32,000 bases of DNA from an uncultured Erysipelotrichaceae bacterium (GTDB taxonomy: Bacteria; Bacillota_I; Bacilli_A; Erysipelotrichales; Erysipelotrichaceae). The stretch covers positions 1,920,001 through 1,952,000 of the forward strand of contig OW818653.1 of NCBI GenBank assembly GCA_942492995.1, written 5' to 3'. Below, one piece after another: positions 9,028 through 17,232 of this stretch; positions within the stretch are counted from its first letter, which is position 1, and every line of letters starts with the position of its first letter. The notes beneath the pieces are model-generated. The model was not told the DNA's origin, did not search any database, and saw only the letters and a program-made list of their open reading frames with translations. Position numbers and translations under genes: made by a program.

Positions 9028-10419
9028 ATGAACTATTATCTTGCCGTTGATATCGGAGCTTCAAGTGGTAGATGTATTCTTGGGTATGTTGAAAACGATA
9101 AGCTTATTTTAAAGGAAATCTATCGTTTCGAAAATGTTTTAATTAATAAGAATGATCATCTTTGTTGGGATTTAGAAAGACTCTATAAGGAAATTATCAA
9201 TGGATTGAAAATATGTAAAAAGCTTAATAAGGCTCCGAAATACATTGGAATTGATACATGGGGTGTAGATTTTGTCATAATTGATGAGAATGGAAAAGTA
9301 CTTGGAGATACTGTATCTTATCGTGATCATCGAACGAATGGAATGGATAGAGAGTTAGAGAAGACCATAAATCTAAAACAATTGTATGAAAAAACTGGAA
9401 TACAAAAACAACTCTTTAATTCTATTTATCAGTTAATGTATTTAAAGAAAAGCCACCCTGAAGAGCTTATTAATGCAAAGAATTTTCTAATGATTCCAGA
9501 CTATTTAAACTATTTATTAACAGGCAAAAAGATAAATGAATATACAAATGCTACGACAACTCAGTTGGTAAATACAAAGACATTTACTTGGGATCATGAA
9601 CTTACTGGACTGTTCGAAAACAAAGATATGTTTAATGATATTCTTCTACCACAGACAAATATTGGTGAAGTCAAACCCGAAATTGCTAATGAAATCGGTT
9701 ATCAATGTGAAGTTATTCTTGTTGCGAGTCATGATACAGCATCAGCAGTTATGGCTGTTCCTAACAATGAAGAGGATTCACTGTATATTAGTTCAGGAAC
9801 ATGGTCTCTTATGGGGACAATATTGGACGAGGCAATTACAAGTGAAAATAGCTTTAATCTTAATTTTACTAATTCAGGTGGATATGATAAAAAGTATCTT
9901 TATCTAAAAAATATAATGGGATTATGGCTTATACAAGAAGTGAACCGAGAATATGATGGAAAATATTCATATGCACAGTGGTGTGAGTTAGCAGAAGGAA
10001 GTGATATAGATTCAATCATAGATTGTAGCGATTATCGTTTCTTATCACCAAAAAGCATGATTGATGAAATTAAAGCTTATTGCGCTGAAACGAACCAAGC
10101 TATCCCACAAAATGAGGCTGATCTATCAGCTGTAATCTATAATTCATTAGCGATGAGCTATAAAAAAACAATTGATGAATTTGAGTTTCTTAGTAATAAA
10201 AAGATAAATCAAATTCAAATAGTAGGTGGAGGATCACAAGCTGACTACTTGAATCGGAAAACTGGAGAAGTTACTGGTAAAAAAGTTAGCGCAGGTCCTG
10301 TTGAGGCAACAGCAATTGGTAATTTGATCTGTCAACTATTGGCGACAAAACAAATAAAAGATATAAAACAAGCAAAAGAAATGATTCAAGATTCCTTTGA
10401 AATCATACATTACAATTAA
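9028..10419 (+). CDS. rhaB: Rhamnulokinase (FGGY kinase)
   Basis: The N-terminus MNYYLAVDIGASSGRCILG matches the RhaB phosphate-1 motif (E. coli has VAVDLGASSGRVML). Size (463 aa) and position before rhaA-rhaD both fit. Confidence 0.9.
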   Translation: MNYYLAVDIGASSGRCILGYVENDKLILKEIYRFENVLINKNDHLCWDLERLYKEIINGLKICKKLNKAPKYIGIDTWGVDFVIIDENGKVLGDTVSYRDHRTNGMDRELEKTINLKQLYEKTGIQKQLFNSIYQLMYLKKSHPEELINAKNFLMIPDYLNYLLTGKKINEYTNATTTQLVNTKTFTWDHELTGLFENKDMFNDILLPQTNIGEVKPEIANEIGYQCEVILVASHDTASAVMAVPNNEEDSLYISSGTWSLMGTILDEAITSENSFNLNFTNSGGYDKKYLYLKNIMGLWLIQEVNREYDGKYSYAQWCELAEGSDIDSIIDCSDYRFLSPKSMIDEIKAYCAETNQAIPQNEADLSAVIYNSLAMSYKKTIDEFEFLSNKKINQIQIVGGGSQADYLNRKTGEVTGKKVSAGPVEATAIGNLICQLLATKQIKDIKQAKEMIQDSFEIIHYN

Positions 10420-10430
10420 AGGAGAAAAGT

Positions 10431-11675
10431 ATGAGCAGATATGAAAGTGCAAAAATAATTTACGAAAGACTAGGAATTAATACTGAACAAGCTATAAACA
10501 CTTTGGGACAATTGAGTATTTCAATGCATTGTTGGCAAGGCGATGATGTTAATGGTTTTGAAAATAATAATGGAATGTCAGGAGGGATTCAGGCTACAGG
10601 TAATTATCCAGGTCGTGCTAGAAATCCAGAAGAACTAATGATGGATATCGAAAAAGCACTATCATTAATTCCTGGTAAACATCGGATTAATTTACATGCA
10701 AATTACGCAATTTTTGATGGTGAACCAGTAGATCGCGATAAACTCGAACCTAAACATTTTGCGAAATGGGTTAAGTTCGCAAAGAAAAATGGTTTAGGCC
10801 TTGATTTCAATCCTACTTTCTTTTCTCATCCATTATCTGAATCAGCTACTTTATCAAGTGAAGATGATAAAATTCGTGCATTTTGGATTGAACATGGTAA
10901 AAGATGTATTCAAATAAGCGAGTATTTCGCTAAGGAATTAGGATCCTCGACACTTATGAACATATGGATACCTGATGGGTTTAAGGATATTCCAGCAGAT
11001 CGAAAATCGCCACGTGCTCGACTTAAAGATTCACTCGATCAAATTATCTCAATAAACTATGATAAATCACTTGTTAAGATTGCGGTTGAATCTAAAGTAT
11101 TTGGAATTGGTTTTGAATCATATACGGTAGGTTCACATGAATTTTATATGAACTATGCTGCAAAAAATAATCTTCTATGTCTTTTGGATAATGGACACTA
11201 TCATCCAACAGAAAAAGTTAGTGATAAAATTTCAAGTATGTTGTTATTTTTTGATCAAGTAGCGTTGCATGTAACCCGACCTGTTCGATGGGATAGTGAT
11301 CATGTTGTAATACTTGATGATGAAGTTAAGGAAATCGCAAAAGAAATTATAATTAATGGTTATAAATCAACGATAATAGGTATGGATTTCTTCGATGCTA
11401 GTATCAATCGTATTTCAGCTTGGGTTATTGGAATGCGAAACATGCAAAAAGCTCTTTTAATCGCATTGCTTTCACCACACGAAAAATTAGCTTATTTACA
11501 AAATACAAGACAATTTTCAGAGCTGCTGATGTTACAGGAAGAATTAAAAACTTTGCCATTTGGAGATATATGGGAGGAATTTTGTTCTCGTTGTGGATGT
11601 AATGCATCGTACCAATGGTTTGATGAGGTTAAATCGTATGAAAAAGAAGTTCTATTGAATAGAAATGAGGGATAA
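10431..11675 (+). CDS. rhaA: L-rhamnose isomerase
   Basis: Characteristic HCWQGDDVNGFE motif. 414 aa. AAGGAG RBS. Flanked by rhaB and rhaD. Confidence 0.95.
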   Translation: MSRYESAKIIYERLGINTEQAINTLGQLSISMHCWQGDDVNGFENNNGMSGGIQATGNYPGRARNPEELMMDIEKALSLIPGKHRINLHANYAIFDGEPVDRDKLEPKHFAKWVKFAKKNGLGLDFNPTFFSHPLSESATLSSEDDKIRAFWIEHGKRCIQISEYFAKELGSSTLMNIWIPDGFKDIPADRKSPRARLKDSLDQIISINYDKSLVKIAVESKVFGIGFESYTVGSHEFYMNYAAKNNLLCLLDNGHYHPTEKVSDKISSMLLFFDQVALHVTRPVRWDSDHVVILDDEVKEIAKEIIINGYKSTIIGMDFFDASINRISAWVIGMRNMQKALLIALLSPHEKLAYLQNTRQFSELLMLQEELKTLPFGDIWEEFCSRCGCNASYQWFDEVKSYEKEVLLNRNEG

Positions 11676-11676
11676 C

Positions 11677-12507
11677 ATGACTATTATAAATATAAAGTTT
11701 GTTCAAGATTTCATTCGTTTGGGTATGGATGGATTTTACAAAGGTTGGCATGAGCGTAATGGCGGGAATTTAACTTATCGTATGAGAGATGAAGATGTTT
11801 TATTAGTTAAGCCTTTTCTCATATTTGATCATAAATGGGAATCAATCGGAACAAACGTACCAGGATTAGCTAATGAATACTTTCTTGCCAGCGGTTCAGG
11901 AAAATTCTTCAGGAACTTTGAAATTGATGCAGAAGACTCTATGTGTATTTTACGAATTGATGATAAAGGTGAAAATTACCAAATAGTATGGGGATTATCA
12001 CGTGGTGGGAAACCAACTTCAGAATTGCCATCACACCTTATGAATCATGAAGTAAAAAAAGAAGTAACAAACAATTCTCATCGAGTTATCTATCATGCAC
12101 ATACAACAAATTTGATTGCACTTACGTTTGTTTTGCCACTTGATGGCGTAACATTTACACGCGAACTATGGGAGATGGCAACTGAATGTCCTGTTGTTTT
12201 TCCTCAAGGTGTGGGAATTGTTGATTGGATGGTTCCAGGGGGTCGTGCAATAGCGATAGAAACATCAAAACTTATGAGAAAGCATGATGTTGCAGTTTGG
12301 GCTCATCATGGTACATTCTGTAGCGGACCAAATTTTGATGTTACATTTGGTTTGATGGATACAATCGAAAAATCAGCAGAGATTCTTGTTAAAGTTCTTT
12401 CGATGAGTTCAAAAAAAGCTCAAACGATTCAACCACATAATTTTAGAGAACTCGCAAATAGTTTTAACATTACTTTATCCGAAGATTATCTATTTGATAA
12501 AGATTAA
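11677..12507 (+). CDS. rhaD: Rhamnulose-1-phosphate aldolase (class II aldolase)
   Basis: [35 protein letters not shown] aligns with the E. coli RhaD N-terminus (..[29 protein letters not shown]). I prefer the ATG at 11677 (GAGGGA 4 nt upstream, 1 nt after the rhaA stop) over the track start at 11665, which lies inside rhaA. Confidence 0.9.
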   Translation: [276 protein letters not shown]

Positions 12508-12611
12508 TTTTCCACAAACATAAATTACTCAATTGTTCAAGAAACATTGAGATAAACAGTAAACAAAAGGTATAAAAATCAACTCTCAGGGTTAGTACCA
12601 TTCATTTAATT

Positions 12612-12633
12612 AAGTTCTGAAAAGAACTTTTTT
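12612..12633 (+). terminator. Rho-independent terminator of the rha catabolic operon
   Basis: AAGTTCT (12612-12618), GAAA loop, AGAACTT (12623-12629), followed by TTTT then ATATTTTTT. Confidence 0.75.
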
Positions 12634-12719
12634 ATATTTTTTATCTTCTAAATCCTTATTAATTCATATACAATATTCATTGTGTGAATGATTTAACATC
12701 ATAAAAATAAGGGGAAATA

Positions 12720-13607
12720 ATGAGTCATAATGAAACAGAAGTAAGTTGTAATCATTGTAAGAGGATTATTTATAAGAGTGATATCTTTTGTCCATATTGT
12801 GGAAAAAAGAATGAAGAGATTAAACAGGATAGTCCGATTAAAAAGTGTAATAAATGTGGCGAACCAATGGGTGAGAATGATGTGTTTTGTGGGAATTGTG
12901 GACATAATCAACAAGTAGAAAAAACGATAGAACCTATCCAAGAGAAACCTACTGAGGTTATTACACCTAAACCAGTTGAAGTAAGTTCAAATAATCCAAT
13001 TAAGCCTAAAAAGAAATCGAAATTACCACTTATCATAGGGTTAGTAAGTCTAGTAGTTGTTGTGTTATGTGGGGCTGTATATGTCTATCTTGAAAATGAA
13101 AAGAAAGAAGCAGAAATTGCACGTCTTGAGACGCTCGAACGTGAAGAGAATGAACGAGTTAATCGTGCACTAAATGATCAACTATTATATTGGAACGTTG
13201 AATTTGCGTCTCCTGATAATGATGATACCTATATGACCTTTTATCCTTTTGATGAAAGTGTTAATGATAGTCAAATGGATCAAATGTGCGTTTTAGTTGG
13301 TGTAACAGCGAACAAAAGACCTAGTGGTAAGTTTGTACTAGATGATTCAATTGATGGTGGTTTGTTTAACTTTGAATTATCAGAATTTACCATAAATGAT
13401 TATACTCCACTTAATTCGGCTCAAGAATGTGGGTGGAATTTAGATGATTATCAAGTCGAATACAATGATTCTTTTAGTTTACTAAGTGGTGAATCTAGAT
13501 TAATTTTATTTAAAATGTATTTAACTGATTTATCGCTTGATTCGTATAACTTTATGTATAAATATCTGACAATTACGTCTTTAGATACATCCAGCTTAGT
13601 AGAGTAA
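12720..13607 (+). CDS. Double zinc-ribbon, single-pass membrane protein of unknown function
   Basis: Two CxxC...CxxC ribbons: CNHCKRIIYKSDIFCPYCG and CNKCGEPMGENDVFCGNCG. A Pro/Lys-rich linker follows, then one TM helix (LPLIIGLVSLVVVVLCGAVYVYL) and about 170 aa of C-terminal domain with no motif I recognise. AAGGGG RBS. Confidence 0.6.
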   Translation: MSHNETEVSCNHCKRIIYKSDIFCPYCGKKNEEIKQDSPIKKCNKCGEPMGENDVFCGNCGHNQQVEKTIEPIQEKPTEVITPKPVEVSSNNPIKPKKKSKLPLIIGLVSLVVVVLCGAVYVYLENEKKEAEIARLETLEREENERVNRALNDQLLYWNVEFASPDNDDTYMTFYPFDESVNDSQMDQMCVLVGVTANKRPSGKFVLDDSIDGGLFNFELSEFTINDYTPLNSAQECGWNLDDYQVEYNDSFSLLSGESRLILFKMYLTDLSLDSYNFMYKYLTITSLDTSSLVE

Positions 13608-13630
13608 ATAGTTTGTAAAAACTTGTTTAG

Positions 13631-13659
13631 TTGAGGCGATACGCAATTCAAGTTATAAT
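13631..13659 (+). promoter_or_regulatory. Sigma-A promoter of the nucleotidyltransferase-ADH bicistron
   Basis: -35 TTGAGG (13631-13636), exact 17-nt spacer, -10 TATAAT (13654-13659). GAGGA RBS 7 nt before the ATG at 13681. Confidence 0.65.
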
Positions 13660-13680
13660 AAGAACAGCGAGGAATTAAAA

Positions 13681-14595
13681 ATGAATCATGTGAGTTTAGT
13701 AATACTAGCGGCTGGAATGGGAAGCCGTTATGGTGGTTTAAAGCAGATTGATACAGTAGGTAATAATGGCGAAAGTATCATTGATTTTACGATTTATGAT
13801 GCGATTAAAGCAGGCTTTAAGAAAGTCTATTTAATCATCCGCAAGGAACATGAATCAGCGTTTGAAGAGTCATTGGTTAAACATATTCGTAAGTTTGTGG
13901 AAGTAGAATATGTGTTCCAAGATAAAGATGATCTACCAGAAGGATTTAAGTGTCCTGAGGGTCGTGAGAAACCATGGGGTACAACGCATGCATTACTCGC
14001 ATGTCGTAATCAAGTTAAAGAACCGTTTATGATTTGTAATGCGGATGATTACTATGGTAAAGATGCGTTTACGAGTATGTATGAATATTTAACGCAATCC
14101 ATTGATGATGAAAACTATTCAATGGTTGGATATCGTTTACGTAATACACTTTCCGATTCTGGAACAGTATCACGTGGTGTATGTCAGATTGAAGATGGTA
14201 AGTTAAAAGATGTGGTTGAAATTGCGAAGATTAAACGCGATGGCGATGACATTGTGTATCTTACAAAAGATGAAACATGGGATAAGTTACCGTATGAGAG
14301 TTTAGTATCTATGAACTTCTGGGGATTTACGCCTAAGATTTTCAAACTAGCAGAGAAACAATTTATCCAATTCTTACATCGTGATTTAACATCTAATCCA
14401 CTTAAATGTGAACATGTTATTCCTACGATGATTGGAGAAACATTAAGTCAAAACGTATATACCTTACATGTACTATCTTCTGAGAATACATGGTTTGGGG
14501 TTACATACCAAGAAGATAAACCATTTGTCGTTAATCAATTCAAACAGTTTAAAGCAGATGGTGTATATCCATTTGATCTATGGGAGGTTAAATAA
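13681..14595 (+). CDS. Sugar/alcohol-phosphate nucleotidyltransferase family protein (substrate unknown)
   Basis: N-terminal NTP-binding signature LVILAAGMGSRYGGLKQ, typical of the GT-A-like nucleotidyltransferase fold. 304 aa. Confidence 0.7.
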   Translation: MNHVSLVILAAGMGSRYGGLKQIDTVGNNGESIIDFTIYDAIKAGFKKVYLIIRKEHESAFEESLVKHIRKFVEVEYVFQDKDDLPEGFKCPEGREKPWGTTHALLACRNQVKEPFMICNADDYYGKDAFTSMYEYLTQSIDDENYSMVGYRLRNTLSDSGTVSRGVCQIEDGKLKDVVEIAKIKRDGDDIVYLTKDETWDKLPYESLVSMNFWGFTPKIFKLAEKQFIQFLHRDLTSNPLKCEHVIPTMIGETLSQNVYTLHVLSSENTWFGVTYQEDKPFVVNQFKQFKADGVYPFDLWEVK

Positions 14596-15773
14596 TGAAT
14601 AATTTTACCTTTTATAATCCTGCACGCATTGTGTTTGGTAAAGATACTGAACTTAAAGCAGGTTCACTTATAAAAGAGTATGGTAATCGTGTACTCGTTC
14701 ATTTCGGTGGACATTCTGCGAAAGCTTCAGGTCTATTAGACAGAGTTATCGATTCACTTCATAAAGAAGGAATTACTGTATTTGAATTAGGTGGTGTTAA
14801 ACCTAATCCACGATATTCACTTGTTAAAGAAGGTATTGAGTTATGTAAGAAAGAAAACATCCAAGCGATCTTAGCTGTGGGTGGTGGTAGTGTTATTGAT
14901 AGTGCTAAAGCCATAGCGTTTGGAGCACTCATCGAAGAAGATGTTTGGGATTACTACCTTTATAGTAAAGCAATTAAACAAATTCTACCGTTAGGCGTTG
15001 TGTTAACGATTCCAGCGGCAGGAAGCGAATCTTCTACGAGTACTGTAATTACACACGATGAAACTTTAATTAAACGTGGTTTAGGTTCACCTTTATTTAT
15101 TCCTAAGTTTGCGATCATTAATCCTGAACTTCATTACTCTCTACCTAAGTTTCAAACAGCATGCGGTATTGTGGATATGAGTGCACATTTAATTGAGCGT
15201 TACTTTACACAAGTTGAACACAATGATTTAACGGATCGTTTAATTGAAGCAAATCTAAAATCGATTATTGCGAACGCATTACCGGTATTGAATAACCCTA
15301 CTGACTACAATGCACGTGCTGAAATCGCATTCTGTGGTACCTTAGCACATAATGGTTTATTCAGTGTTGGACGTGTTGGTGATTGGGCAAGTCATGCGAT
15401 TGAACATGAACTTTCCGCAAAATTCGACATCGCACATGGGGCAGGACTAGCCATGATTATCCCTTGGTGGATGCGTCATGTGGTTAACGAAGGAACATTC
15501 AAATTTGTACAGTTTGCACAACGTGTATTTGATGTACAAATGGATGCTCGTTATCCAGAACTTATCGCTTTAGAAGGCATTCGTCGTTTAGAACTTTTCT
15601 ATCAATCGCTTGGTTTAGATACTGATACAACATCTCTTCCAATTGATGAATCAGTCATCGATGAAATGACTGATAAAATATTTGTCGCAAAAGCAGATCA
15701 AACATTAGGTTTCTTTAAGCCTCTTACTAAAGAGGATATTAAAGCAATCTATCGAAGTGCAAACCAAAAATAA
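14595..15773 (+). CDS. Iron-containing (group III) alcohol dehydrogenase, YqhD/BdhA-like
   Basis: GGGSVIDSAKAIA nucleotide-binding motif. His-rich metal site region: HLIERY, HNGLFS and HAIEHELS. The start overlaps the upstream stop by 1 nt (TAATG). Confidence 0.9.
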   Translation: MNNFTFYNPARIVFGKDTELKAGSLIKEYGNRVLVHFGGHSAKASGLLDRVIDSLHKEGITVFELGGVKPNPRYSLVKEGIELCKKENIQAILAVGGGSVIDSAKAIAFGALIEEDVWDYYLYSKAIKQILPLGVVLTIPAAGSESSTSTVITHDETLIKRGLGSPLFIPKFAIINPELHYSLPKFQTACGIVDMSAHLIERYFTQVEHNDLTDRLIEANLKSIIANALPVLNNPTDYNARAEIAFCGTLAHNGLFSVGRVGDWASHAIEHELSAKFDIAHGAGLAMIIPWWMRHVVNEGTFKFVQFAQRVFDVQMDARYPELIALEGIRRLELFYQSLGLDTDTTSLPIDESVIDEMTDKIFVAKADQTLGFFKPLTKEDIKAIYRSANQK

Positions 15774-15795
15774 AAGATGGGCAACCATCTTTTTT
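15774..15795. terminator. Bidirectional rho-independent terminator between convergent units
   Basis: AAGATGG (15774-15780), GCAA loop, CCATCTT (15785-15791). There is a T-run on the + strand (to 15795) and a T-rich tract (TTATTTTTGG) on the - strand. Confidence 0.75.
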
Positions 15796-15892
15796 AGTCT
15801 CTATTTCTTCTTATAACTACAATCATCACAAGAACCAATGCGATCACAAATAAACTCATCCCAAACTTTAATACAGTCACAAGAGAGAACAT
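15794..15892 (-). CDS. Small hydrophobic ORF 2 (32 aa, predicted single TM helix); not in the supplied track
   Basis: My translation is MFSLVTVLKFGMSLFVIALVLVMIVVIRRNRD*. The ATG lies 6 nt after the stop of small ORF 1 with no obvious SD. The stop codon abuts the terminator hairpin. Confidence 0.3.
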   Translation of the reverse strand: MFSLVTVLKFGMSLFVIALVLVMIVVIRRNRD

Positions 15893-15898
15893 GATTGG

Positions 15899-15985
15899 TT
15901 ACTTAGGTGAAGTTGTTGCGACAATAATCACAATAACGATGATGATAAATACAAGAGCGATACCGCCAATTAACATAATAGACAT
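15899..15985 (-). CDS. Small hydrophobic ORF 1 (28 aa, predicted single TM helix); not in the supplied track
   Basis: My translation is MSIMLIGGIALVFIIIVIVIIVATTSPK*. A consensus AAGGAG (15997-15992) sits immediately after the TraB-like stop codon (16000-15998) and 6 nt before the ATG at 15985. Confidence 0.45.
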   Translation of the reverse strand: MSIMLIGGIALVFIIIVIVIIVATTSPK

Positions 15986-15997
15986 AGAGTTCTCCTT

Positions 15998-17140
15998 TTA
16001 GTTAAATAAGTTTTTAATTAAATCAATTGAATATACTATTGAACCTAAACTCGCAAAGATATTCGCAAGTAAGACAACCAATAAGATACGTGCAACACGA
16101 TTCTTCCAATAGCCTTTGATGTGTAAGACATCATCCTGTAGATTCATAAAGTCTTCTACCTTTGGTTTACGTATCCAAGCTTCAGTAAGACCTGCGAACC
16201 AACCAGTTGCTAAGAAGGGACTTAATACGCCAATAGGAGCCATCACAAATGCAGTTAATATACTCAATGGATGACCCAATGCGATAAGGGTACCGAGAGC
16301 GGCTAAACTACCATTGATAAGAATAAAACGTAATACTGTCTCAAAGGCTAAACCAGGTGAGTTAATAATACTTAATCCGATTAAACCAACAATAAAGAGT
16401 GGGAAGATCCAAGCGAATAGATTTCCATTCTTTTTCTTTGGGACAACCATTAACTGTGAAATAGAATTCTGATTTGATAGATTCTTTTGAATACCAGGGA
16501 CATGGGCTGCCCCTACAATCGCCACTATCTTTTGACCAGAAGAATGAGCTAATTTATACGCCATGATACGATCACGTTCAAAGATCAATGTCTCCGCAAT
16601 CTGAGGGAACTGTACGCTGATTTCCGCAAGGGCAGCTTGTAACATATCCCCTTGTTTTAATCGTTCAATATCTTCTTCTTTAACATCATTCTCAAACATT
16701 GAACTTAATAGTTCTGTTAACATCTTAATCTTCTCAAACCAACCTAAGTTATGCCATATACGTAATAGAGTTGTTTGTATATTACGATCTATCATTAATA
16801 ACTTAGTTGAATTCTCTTTACTGTATTGAATAGCTGTACTCATTTCTTCGCCAACATTCAATTTCAAATTCTGTGCTATTTTACGTTGATAAGAAGAAAG
16901 GATCATCTGAGCGAAAAGAAATCCAACTTTCTTTTTCTTGATAATATCGACAATATCCATATCCTGCCAATTCTTCTTTTCAGTCATGGATTTATATCGT
17001 TCATCATCTAGCTCTATCGCAATAACATCAGGTTTTATCTCGTCTAACGCTTGTTTAACTTCTTCAACACTTTCACTGGAAATATGTGCAGTCCCAATAA
17101 TCGTGATTTCTTTTCCATTAATAACTTCTTGAATCCTCAT
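15998..17140 (-). CDS. TraB/GumN (TIKI-superfamily) protein with C-terminal membrane domain
   Basis: N-terminal ITIIGTAHISSESVEEVKQALDEIKPDVIAIELDDERY is the TraB-family signature (GTAH plus acidic strand). A second GxxH is present (IVGAAHVPGI). About 4 hydrophobic helices fill the last 140 aa or so. AAAGGTG RBS. Confidence 0.8.
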   Translation of the reverse strand: MRIQEVINGKEITIIGTAHISSESVEEVKQALDEIKPDVIAIELDDERYKSMTEKKNWQDMDIVDIIKKKKVGFLFAQMILSSYQRKIAQNLKLNVGEEMSTAIQYSKENSTKLLMIDRNIQTTLLRIWHNLGWFEKIKMLTELLSSMFENDVKEEDIERLKQGDMLQAALAEISVQFPQIAETLIFERDRIMAYKLAHSSGQKIVAIVGAAHVPGIQKNLSNQNSISQLMVVPKKKNGNLFAWIFPLFIVGLIGLSIINSPGLAFETVLRFILINGSLAALGTLIALGHPLSILTAFVMAPIGVLSPFLATGWFAGLTEAWIRKPKVEDFMNLQDDVLHIKGYWKNRVARILLVVLLANIFASLGSIVYSIDLIKNLFN

Positions 17141-17200
17141 AATACACCTTTCTAAGCCTCAGCTTTATCTCGCCATCCGACTATATCTATCACATAATTG

Positions 17201-17209
17201 TGTTATAAT
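17201..17209 (+). promoter_or_regulatory. Extended -10 promoter element upstream of cdaA
   Basis: TGTTATAAT (TGn plus TATAAT at 17204-17209), 24 nt upstream of the cdaA ATG. No good -35 element. GAGGAGG RBS at 17219-17225. Confidence 0.5.
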
Positions 17210-17232
17210 AATTTCGCTGAGGAGGTCTGTTC

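Noticed and set aside
11665-11676. Track start codon for rhaD at 11665 (MRDNM...)
   Set aside because: This ATG lies inside rhaA and contains the likely Shine-Dalgarno (GAGGGA) for the ATG at 11677. The E. coli RhaD alignment begins at [10 protein letters not shown].
12528-12552. Imperfect hairpin CTCAAT...ATTGAG in the rhaD 3' UTR
   Set aside because: It has a 6-bp stem, a 12-nt loop and no T-run. The clear terminator at 12612 explains transcript termination.
17157-17222. 7-bp inverted repeat CCTCAGC / GCTGAGG bracketing the traB-cdaA divergent region, with the right arm overlapping the cdaA RBS
   Set aside because: The arms are short and 52 nt apart. The left arm lies upstream of the likely cdaA transcription start, so it would not be in the same RNA. 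Chance is the most likely explanation, though an operator function cannot be excluded.
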